Below, piece by piece: positions 19,662 through 27,377 of a stretch of 56,441 nt of DNA (positions within the stretch are counted from its first letter, which is position 1; every line of letters begins with the position of its first letter). The position numbers were made by a program, and so were the translations under genes. The stretch spans positions 1 to 56,441 of the forward strand of contig JAZDOO010000406.1 of assembly GCA_043798555.1 (NCBI GenBank), in the 5' to 3' direction. The notes below the pieces were generated by a model. That model saw only the letters and a list, made by a program, of their open reading frames with translations. It was not told where the DNA came from and ran no database searches. This DNA comes from Pseudomonadota bacterium. GTDB lineage: Bacteria > Desulfobacterota > WTBG01 > JAGOGO01.

Positions 19662-20081
19662 TAACTTCTCCTTTTTTGGTCTTTTAATTTTAGCCTATAA
19701 CCTGAGAAGATGTTTTCTTGTTTGTGATTTAATGCCATATCTGGGAAAAACATTCGATTCGATGACATTTACTAACACTGAGCTTTATAGATTTTGCAAT
19801 GTAAATTCCGAAATGCCCATCCTCCACTAACATTGTTAAAAATATCATATCATCCATCAACATGTTACATCTTGATTTTAGCGCTGATGTTTGGTTGTTT
19901 CCGAAATTCCAGAAGTGATTGGAGCACAATATCTCCAGAGTCGTTAAGTGTAGCTGCGAGCTACAAGCATAAGGCGTGTTGCACGGGTGGTATTCATAAA
20001 TTTAAGGTTAGGAAACGACCCGTAAGGTTCCATTCCTATTTTTTCGGTTCACATTAGTAACTCAGCCTTTTGTAAAGGAAG

Positions 20082-21152
20082 TTATCTTTTTATGTGAGTA
20101 AGACGATGGACCATGGTTTTAATTGCTGAGCTTTGAGTTCCCAAGACCGGTTTTTTTTCAACCTTACTCCAAATGGTCTCCGGCCTCGTTTGTAACAAGA
20201 AGACGTTTCTCGGAAACTCCAAGTCTTGGTCAATAGCCCATTCTATATCCTGCGCACAACCGTAATGTTTTTCTATTTCTTTGCCCAGCCTGGCCAACTC
20301 GATAACTTCTTCACTGGTTAGGCAAAGTATATCTTGCATTTCCGGCGGGATATCCTCAAAAACAGCACTTTTGGTCTTCAAGTCATACACGCATTGCGTT
20401 AATTTCTTTTTGGTTATAACTTTAGTGATTTCAAGTCTTACCTTGTCCACCATCCAGTAATCTGGAACAACTCTGCCCGACACCACACTCTCACCTAAGC
20501 CCCAACTCCCTTCTATCGTAATTTTAGAATTATCTCCATTGGTGGTGTTTAAGGTAAACATAACACCAGCCACTCTGGCATTTGTCATTTTAAGCACACC
20601 AACGCCTATCGGGTCATACTCCAGCAATAACCCTCCACGGGCACGCGCCATTAAAGATCGAGTATTAAAGGTGCTTGCCCACACCTTGACTATTTTTTGA
20701 ATCACGTCTGACTCACCTCTAACGTGAAGAAAAGTCTCATACTGTCCCGGGTGGCTTTCTGGTCCTGCAGAGCGGGTGGCGACGGGGACAGCATCGATGC
20801 CAGTTCTTTGACACAACTCATCATAATATGCGACTATTTCATCTTGCATATCTGTAGGCATCGCTTTTGATTCCACTATACCACGAATTACTTTAGATGC
20901 TTCCTCATATTTTGGTATATCCCGAGGGTTATTAGGATCGGCAGTGAAGGTATCCAGATATCGGCGGATTTCTTCAATAGCACCAGTTCTGGTTAAGAAC
21001 CTCTTATAAGCTTCCAAAACTAGCGCAAACCCAGGAGGTACCCTAAATCCCCCCTTAGTTAGTTCTCCTAAATTAGCACATTTTTTCCCCACTAAACCGC
21101 TGTGTTCCTTGCCTAACTCATCAAACCAATATATCCATTTGGTCAAACTCAT
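20082..21152 (-). CDS. Phenylphosphate-synthase beta-like protein (PPDK/PEP-synthase N-terminal ATP-grasp domain)
   Basis: 356 aa. VGKKCANLGEL...GFRVPPGFAL and AVPVATRSAGPESHPGQYETFL are typical of the nucleotide-binding domain of PEP synthase/PPDK. It is encoded as a separate polypeptide directly after the alpha-like gene (13-nt gap). Confidence 0.75.
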   Translation of the reverse strand: MSLTKWIYWFDELGKEHSGLVGKKCANLGELTKGGFRVPPGFALVLEAYKRFLTRTGAIEEIRRYLDTFTADPNNPRDIPKYEEASKVIRGIVESKAMPTDMQDEIVAYYDELCQRTGIDAVPVATRSAGPESHPGQYETFLHVRGESDVIQKIVKVWASTFNTRSLMARARGGLLLEYDPIGVGVLKMTNARVAGVMFTLNTTNGDNSKITIEGSWGLGESVVSGRVVPDYWMVDKVRLEITKVITKKKLTQCVYDLKTKSAVFEDIPPEMQDILCLTSEEVIELARLGKEIEKHYGCAQDIEWAIDQDLEFPRNVFLLQTRPETIWSKVEKKPVLGTQSSAIKTMVHRLTHIKR

Positions 21153-21165
21153 TTACTCAGTTTCC

Positions 21166-23019
21166 TTATTGTGCTTTCTCTATTATATTAACGATCCCAT
21201 TATCTCCATCTACCCTAATCCTATCACCAGTCTTGATGGTTTTAGTGGCAATACCTGTTCCCACTACGGCTGGAATGTGGTATTCACGAGCAACGATGGC
21301 GGCATGACAGAATACTCCACCGAGATCGGTAACACATCCTTTAATACTCCCAAAGGCTGGTGACCACATAGGGGATGCAGTTGGGGCGACTAAAATATCA
21401 CCTACCTCAAGTTGGGGCAAGTCATCGGCTGACATGATAACTTTAGCCAGCCCTTCCGTAACACCAGTGGAACCAGGCATGCCTTTTAGCTTGACTACTT
21501 TAAAATAGTCAACTTCTTTTTGCTCCAACCAGCTATCCACCACCTCAGTGGTGATTCCCCAGAGAGCAATGGTCTCCGGTTCGGTAACTACTTCAGGTGC
21601 AAGACCTAAAGCCGGATCTGGACGGTTTTTCCTAAATATTTCGAGTATCTTTTTTCGTTTCTCGATTTTCTTTGGGACTAAATATTTGGCGACTGGTTTC
21701 ACGCCGGTAGCCCAAGCAGCGCAGACATCATATAACACTTGGTAGAGTTCAAACCGATTCAGATACCAAATGTCCTCTTTATCTTCTACGCATTTATGGT
21801 TGGCAAGTATCTCACCCAACTGCCTCATTTTTCTCCAGAAGAATACGTGGAACCGATTTTCCACATAGAAGATATGGTTTTCAGGATATGGAGCAACTAG
21901 CCGCGCCAACTGTAAAAGTTGATCAAACCCCTTCCTGTCTTCGTCGGTTGGAATAAGGCTTCGATACTCTGCCGTAATGCGGTCTCTTTCTGCAATGACT
22001 TGCTCCCTGGGTCTGTCGATAGTTCCACCAGCTTGTAGAGCTTCGATATATCGTTTTACGATGCTAAAGGGATAGTTCAGATCGTCGTTCCAAGCAATAT
22101 CCGTGTGATACCAGCCAGTACCAATAGACATTTCAAACCACGGATCACGAGCCCTCTCCCATGCATCAAGCCATTTTTGGCCATTCCCTAACTGCTTTAG
22201 ATTAGACTCTACCTTCTCCCAGGAATTAGTGGCTGTGAAAGCCTTTTCTAACCTGAGTACCATGGCCAGTTTGGCCAACTTCTGAAGTTCCTCGGCAGGG
22301 CGAAAGATCAGACCATCGAAGGCCTTAGAAGTTTCAGTGATTGCCTTATCGGTGATATCGGGTAGGAGTGCCTTAAAGCCATCGGTATAAGCAACATAGG
22401 CTCCATAAGTCAAATTGTCGAATTCCATGTGATACTGCCATGCCCTCTGTGCCAACTGGATAAGCTTGTCATAAGTTCTTAAAAATCCATCGGTTGAACC
22501 GTAGCCCCTTGCCTCAAAGACTATTGATTCTGGTTCGACATCAGGGAGGTCTTTCACCTCAACGGCCTTCAATTCATCTAGTAACTTTTCAAATTTCTTT
22601 TCCCAATTCTCATAAAGCTCATTCCAGTGATCATAATAATAAGTTGCTCTCTTCTCGAATAAAGGAATTCGCTCTTTTATCTCCTCCGGGTCCGTAACCT
22701 CGATAGCATTAAGGTAGATATAGCCGTTGTGGATTCTGTGGTCAATCCCCTTAGCTGTTGGTATCAAGAACAGCCGGGTATTGTTTTGTGATAATGTAAT
22801 ATGCCACATATCATCCCATAATAAATCGAATGGGTACATCGGCTCGGGGTAGTGCAAACCATCGTAAAACCAGAAACGGTTATCTTCATAAGCGTTTTTT
22901 TCTGGGTTATCACCACCGAATAAATAGTAATAGGGATACATCTCCCGCCAACCTTCTGCCCCAGGAATGTCCACGAGTTTTGACGGACTTTTAAATCTCT
23001 TTTCTTGTTTCGCCACCAT
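21166..23019 (-). CDS. Phenylphosphate-synthase alpha-like protein (PEP-utilising enzyme with phosphohistidine swivel domain)
   Basis: The C-terminus GMPGSTGVTEGLAKVI...ILVAPTASPMW...TDLGGVFCHAAIVAREYHIPAV...DGDNGIVNII carries the His motif. The start is set at the ATG at 23019 (MVAKQEKRF), preceded by GAGGAG. The track ORF extends to 23091. Confidence 0.75.
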   Translation of the reverse strand: MVAKQEKRFKSPSKLVDIPGAEGWREMYPYYYLFGGDNPEKNAYEDNRFWFYDGLHYPEPMYPFDLLWDDMWHITLSQNNTRLFLIPTAKGIDHRIHNGYIYLNAIEVTDPEEIKERIPLFEKRATYYYDHWNELYENWEKKFEKLLDELKAVEVKDLPDVEPESIVFEARGYGSTDGFLRTYDKLIQLAQRAWQYHMEFDNLTYGAYVAYTDGFKALLPDITDKAITETSKAFDGLIFRPAEELQKLAKLAMVLRLEKAFTATNSWEKVESNLKQLGNGQKWLDAWERARDPWFEMSIGTGWYHTDIAWNDDLNYPFSIVKRYIEALQAGGTIDRPREQVIAERDRITAEYRSLIPTDEDRKGFDQLLQLARLVAPYPENHIFYVENRFHVFFWRKMRQLGEILANHKCVEDKEDIWYLNRFELYQVLYDVCAAWATGVKPVAKYLVPKKIEKRKKILEIFRKNRPDPALGLAPEVVTEPETIALWGITTEVVDSWLEQKEVDYFKVVKLKGMPGSTGVTEGLAKVIMSADDLPQLEVGDILVAPTASPMWSPAFGSIKGCVTDLGGVFCHAAIVAREYHIPAVVGTGIATKTIKTGDRIRVDGDNGIVNIIEKAQ

Positions 23020-23132
23020 CTTTATTCTCTCCTCTTTCAATCTTTCAATATTAAACCCCAGTCTAGTACTACAGCGCCGGTTAGTTGACATTTAATATAT
23101 TTTATGAAGATAAAGTACTATTGAATGCGAGC

Positions 23133-23639
23133 TTATAACATTTTTTCTAATAGAAGTGTGATAAATCCAACAACCTCATCTTGCTTTTTACTTGCCACAA
23201 TATGTACAGCTTTCGCGATATTTTCAATTTCTTTAAATCGCTCCAAATGAGGCTTTGAGAGGACATCTCTCGCTGAAATGCCTTTCTTTGCAAGGGCTTC
23301 TTTAACATTATTGCTTAGTTCCTCGATAAAAGCTCCCGGGCTTTTTTGAAGTTCATAGTTATACTCTAACTTGTTACCTTCTCTGTAAGTTGATGATTGC
23401 TTCAAGCTTCGTTCATCATCTTCATCCATCAATACAATTTTTTCTACTTCCATTGGTGCTCGATCAATAACGATCAATCCGGGATAATCTCCTTTTGGCC
23501 GCTTAATAACCAGTCGCCCGAAATGTTCTATTCGTTCAATCACATAATATTTATCAAAACATATGGCATCTGCTTCAACAGCTACAACTTCCTGCCATCC
23601 ATCTTTCCATTTTATCAAAACATGCTTCTGATCAGACAT
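23133..23639 (-). CDS. Hypothetical protein (168 aa), operon-embedded
   Basis: A good RBS (AAGGGGG) precedes it, and spacing to both neighbours is tight (13 nt and 41 nt). I recognise no family. The N-terminal half looks beta-rich, the middle is acidic (LMDEDDERS), and the C-terminal half looks helical. Confidence 0.6.
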   Translation of the reverse strand: MSDQKHVLIKWKDGWQEVVAVEADAICFDKYYVIERIEHFGRLVIKRPKGDYPGLIVIDRAPMEVEKIVLMDEDDERSLKQSSTYREGNKLEYNYELQKSPGAFIEELSNNVKEALAKKGISARDVLSKPHLERFKEIENIAKAVHIVASKKQDEVVGFITLLLEKML

Positions 23640-23652
23640 TTAGCCCCCTTTG

Positions 23653-24396
23653 TTAAAACATCCTTTTCATTATTTCTTTCACCTCAAACCAGTCCTTTGC
23701 ATAGTAATCGCTCGACTCGCATGGACCCATATCAATATGACCAATATATTGTATAGTGATCCATCCTCGCTTCTTTGGTGGAATAATATCCGTACTCACT
23801 TTGTCACCGATCATAAGACAGTCTTGTGGCTTAATCTCCTCTAATGCAAGCTCTTCGATTAGGAGATCGTATAAGGTCCCCGACTCTTTTGATGTTCCTC
23901 GATAAGCCTCAAACCTCTCACCGGTACCAAGATCCATCTTGCCCTGAGGTGTTATGAAGTATTTAAAGTACTGAATTATCTTTTTGTTCATCAAAAACAT
24001 AGTAATCGCATCAGCTCCCACCGGACCAAGTGTTTTTTTTAGCTCAGAGATTATGCTTGGCCTAATTCCTTGCTCGCTCAACCACATTATGAACTCATAG
24101 GCTCCTGGCGCCAACGCAAGGAGCTCCTGTTCCTTTTGATTAAATATTTCGTATGCTTCGTGATCGCCATCCAAGACATATGATTCAATCTCATCTTTGT
24201 GGCCTTCCTTGATTCCGCTGTAACTCCCGTATTTTTCTTTTAGCCTTCGCATCCGATCAATCCACACCGGAATCATCTCATGCTTTCCGATCAGTTTGCC
24301 GATCTCGCTAAACATCCTGGGATTACGTAACGATGACGGGGTCATCAAACACTGTCCATAATCGATTCCGACCCATTTGATTTTCTTTGCTGTCAT
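23653..24396 (-). CDS. HAD-superfamily hydrolase-like protein
   Basis: 247 aa. Motif I is WVGIDYGQC, with the nucleophile Asp present but the second Asp replaced. Motif IV is LMIGDKVSTDI. Confidence 0.6.
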   Translation of the reverse strand: MTAKKIKWVGIDYGQCLMTPSSLRNPRMFSEIGKLIGKHEMIPVWIDRMRRLKEKYGSYSGIKEGHKDEIESYVLDGDHEAYEIFNQKEQELLALAPGAYEFIMWLSEQGIRPSIISELKKTLGPVGADAITMFLMNKKIIQYFKYFITPQGKMDLGTGERFEAYRGTSKESGTLYDLLIEELALEEIKPQDCLMIGDKVSTDIIPPKKRGWITIQYIGHIDMGPCESSDYYAKDWFEVKEIMKRMF

Positions 24397-24501
24397 GACT
24401 ATAACCCTTTCTTACCTATGCAAAGGTATTGGCCACAGTTTGATATTGGCATATAACGGGCTGGAAAGGTTATCGAGACAAGATTCTGCGCGGTATAGCC
24501 T

Positions 24502-25938
24502 TTACATAAATAACTCAGGAAACTTCTCCTTGATCGCTCGCGTTGATTGGTCAGACGCTCTCGCTGATTTTGGAAACTTATTTCTCCAATGCCATGGTTT
24601 ACATGCATCAATCAGCATCTTAGCCTGAGTGATCTCACCATTTGCCCTCTTCTTGGGGCTAAGAGACGGGTCCAGAGGGCTGTTCTGGAAGCCCCTCACG
24701 ATATCAACAGAATTTTCTATATCACATCGCATACAAACCACAGTTACTACTTGTTCGAGATTTGAAGGATCAACATCCTCATCAACCACAATAATGAACT
24801 TACCAACAGCGGCGCCACCGGTGAGTAATCCAGCAGCTACGGTAGCCACCTGTTTGGCATGTCCCTGGAATCTTTGCTCAATTGAAATCACACACACAGG
24901 CCGGTTGCCTGGTCCATGAATATAAACCCCTTTTATTCCTTGAAGCCCTGCTGCCAGAAGACTATTCCACAGAGTGGGTACAGTATGCACCGGTATCGGA
25001 TAAAATGTATGTGCAGGGGGTGGCACTGGTGCCTGACCTTGAAGGATAGGATCATTGCGATGATAGATCGCCTTAATTTTTGCCACTGGATATTCCTTAG
25101 GGACGCTGGCGTAGTAGCCAGTCCATTCTCCAAAAGGTCCCTCTACCATTTCCTCTCCCTGAGTCATCAGACATTCAACAGCAATCTCTGCCGTGGCCGG
25201 AATGGGTAACCCGGTTATTGGACCTTTAATAACTTCTACGGGTCGTCCTTTGAAAAAACCTGTAGCCTCAAACTCACCCATCCCCCAGGGGAGTGACATC
25301 ATGCTAAACCCTAGTAAAAGCGGATCTTGTCCAAAAGTTATCACCACTGGAAATTCCTTGCCGTTTGCCCAGTACTTACTTCTCATGATTGTAGCATGCT
25401 TACCTGGGCCTGAATATACATTAATAGTACTTTCGTTTTGAACCATACAACGATATGTTCCGCTATTGACAAAATCTCCATCTAATTCTTTAGTAATAAC
25501 ACAGTTCGCGGTTCCTATGTACCTTCCCCCGTCTTCTTCATGCCACTTCGGTACTGGAAATCTTAAGATATTGACATCATTACCAGTAATAACATTTTCC
25601 ATAACCGGACCCGTATTGACATATTTAGGGGGTACCGGCTTCTGCTTCGCAAACTTATCCGCCCAATCTTTGATAATTTCGGTAGCTGATACCTTTTCAT
25701 CCATACCAAAAGCAATCCTTTGTCCAATTTGGTTCTGAACAACATTCGTCAGTACTCGATATCCAGGATAACCAGGGATCTCATTAAAAAGGATCGCCTC
25801 TCCACTTCTCATCGCAATCATTTCGCTAATCGTCCCAATCTCAAGATCCCAATGCGCTCCGTCGACCTTCTTCAGGTTTCCCGCCTTCTCCAGAGTATCA
25901 ATCAAACTCCTCAACTCATCATAATAAACATCTTTCAT
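24502..25938 (-). CDS. UbiD-family (de)carboxylase
   Basis: 478 aa. The N-terminus is LKKVDGAHWDLEIGTISEM...GEAILFNEIPGYPGYRVLTNV. Length and architecture are typical of UbiD and the phenylphosphate-carboxylase alpha/beta subunits. Confidence 0.8.
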   Translation of the reverse strand: MKDVYYDELRSLIDTLEKAGNLKKVDGAHWDLEIGTISEMIAMRSGEAILFNEIPGYPGYRVLTNVVQNQIGQRIAFGMDEKVSATEIIKDWADKFAKQKPVPPKYVNTGPVMENVITGNDVNILRFPVPKWHEEDGGRYIGTANCVITKELDGDFVNSGTYRCMVQNESTINVYSGPGKHATIMRSKYWANGKEFPVVITFGQDPLLLGFSMMSLPWGMGEFEATGFFKGRPVEVIKGPITGLPIPATAEIAVECLMTQGEEMVEGPFGEWTGYYASVPKEYPVAKIKAIYHRNDPILQGQAPVPPPAHTFYPIPVHTVPTLWNSLLAAGLQGIKGVYIHGPGNRPVCVISIEQRFQGHAKQVATVAAGLLTGGAAVGKFIIVVDEDVDPSNLEQVVTVVCMRCDIENSVDIVRGFQNSPLDPSLSPKKRANGEITQAKMLIDACKPWHWRNKFPKSARASDQSTRAIKEKFPELFM

Positions 25939-26173
25939 TTTGACCCCCTCTTACTGTGGTTTCACTTTTTCTTAAGAATGACAGGGTTATAAAGCCTTGC
26001 GCCCATCTGAACGGTAGCCACAGGCTGTGCCAAAAAAATATTATCTCGTAAACTCTCCCCACGTTTTCTGTAATCACTGCCCCCCCTAAACTCACTCAGG
26101 AAAGAAGTAACCCCTAGCGTTGCGTACAAAATTATTGAACATCGAAGGGGGAAAAGTGTCAATTCATTTTTAT

Positions 26174-26210
26174 TTATGATATTAATAAGAAAAAGTTATG
26201 ATCTTTATAA
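26174..26210. promoter_or_regulatory. Two tandem TTATGAT-N4-ATAA (T-N11-A type) boxes, candidate LysR binding sites
   Basis: TTATGATATTAATAA (26174..26188) and TTATGATCTTTATAA (26196..26210). They lie 22 bp apart centre to centre, in the divergent UbiD/LysR intergenic region. Confidence 0.4.
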
Positions 26211-26268
26211 TAGTAAAGTAAAAAAGCCGTCATTGAAAACCCTTTTGGGGTCTTTAGGAGGGATACAA

Positions 26269-27246
26269 ATGCTTAATTTGAATCAGTTGCGGGTATTTCA
26301 CCAAGTAGCAAGATCGCTGAATTTCACCATTGCTGCGAAAAATCTATTCGTGAGCCAGCCTGCCGTAACTGCTCAAGTTAAATTATTTGAGAAACTTTGT
26401 AACCTCGAACTATTTAGAAAAAAGGGTCATCAGATAGTTCTTACTGATGAGGGACAAACAATCTTTCGGTACGCCTCAAAAATATTCGAACTGGAAAGGG
26501 AGATGGAGCAGGTCATTGAGGACCTGAGAAAGGTAAAACAAGGCTATCTCCATCTTGCTACCAGCAAAACCTATGCTCGGTATTTGATGCCTAGTCTTCT
26601 TGCAGCCTTTCATAAATCTTTTCCTGGTATAGCAATCGATTTGAATGAGGGAAGTTCTCTGGATATGACCCGGAGCCTGATAGATTTCAGGAATTCGGTT
26701 GCTATCGTGGCCAAAGTTGAGGATAATTCCAATATAAATTTTATCCCTTTTATTCGTGAAGAAGTATTGTTGATAGCTGCTTCGGATTATCACTTAACTA
26801 ATAGAGATGAGATAGGTTTTGAGGAATTGATTGGTGAACCTATCATAATGAAAGAAGTCGGTTCTGGAACTAGGAAATTAATAGAAGAATGTTTCAAAAA
26901 GAAAGTAGAGAGGCTAAATATAATAGCCGAAACCAGCAACGTAGAATTTATCAAGGAACTAGTAAAACAAGGTGTGGGGATCTCATTTCTGGTTAGGACG
27001 TCAGTCAAAAGGGAACTAAGTCAGGGAGAGCTTGTAACCATCCCCATAAAGGATAGTAGCATATTTTTAGATGTTTATCTTGCCTATTTACGTGACTGTC
27101 ATCTTCCTATGACTGCAAAGGCTTTTCTAGTAGATTTCCTACTGCCAATGATCCCGAAAGAGTGCCCTTATCTTGGGGTGGATAGCTTTGTGGCCGAGAT
27201 AACGGGAAAAAGGTGTAAAGAGGGGTTGAGAACCTTGCAGAATTAG
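26269..27246 (+). CDS. LysR-family transcriptional regulator
   Basis: MLNLNQLRVFHQVARSLNFTIAAKNLFVSQPAVTAQVK is the LysR HTH, followed by a substrate-binding domain. The start is set at 26269, behind AGGAGGG. It is divergent from the UbiD operon. Confidence 0.85.
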   Translation: MLNLNQLRVFHQVARSLNFTIAAKNLFVSQPAVTAQVKLFEKLCNLELFRKKGHQIVLTDEGQTIFRYASKIFELEREMEQVIEDLRKVKQGYLHLATSKTYARYLMPSLLAAFHKSFPGIAIDLNEGSSLDMTRSLIDFRNSVAIVAKVEDNSNINFIPFIREEVLLIAASDYHLTNRDEIGFEELIGEPIIMKEVGSGTRKLIEECFKKKVERLNIIAETSNVEFIKELVKQGVGISFLVRTSVKRELSQGELVTIPIKDSSIFLDVYLAYLRDCHLPMTAKAFLVDFLLPMIPKECPYLGVDSFVAEITGKRCKEGLRTLQN

Positions 27247-27377
27247 CTTATTCCAGATTCAAGGCAATTAGATTCGAGGAGAAAAGAATTTGTAAGGCAA
27301 TGAAGGTGGAAGCGTACACCTATCACCTTGCCGTGTAGAAGATCATCGCGAAGCGGTAGGATTCATCTATGAAACAT

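Noticed and set aside
19662-20081. Small ORFs (19729..19929 minus, 19794..20057 plus) and the hairpin GTAGCTgcgAGCTAC in the 420-bp gap
   Set aside because: The ORFs have no RBS, odd composition (Cys/His/Phe-rich) and overlap each other on opposite strands. The hairpin has no U-tract, so I cannot call a terminator or sRNA from sequence alone.
26016-26032. Sigma54-like TGGCAC-N5-GTGGC element on the minus strand upstream of the UbiD gene
   Set aside because: The GG-to-GC spacing is 11 rather than 10, and the -12 element is GTGGC, not TTGC. No enhancer-binding protein gene is nearby.
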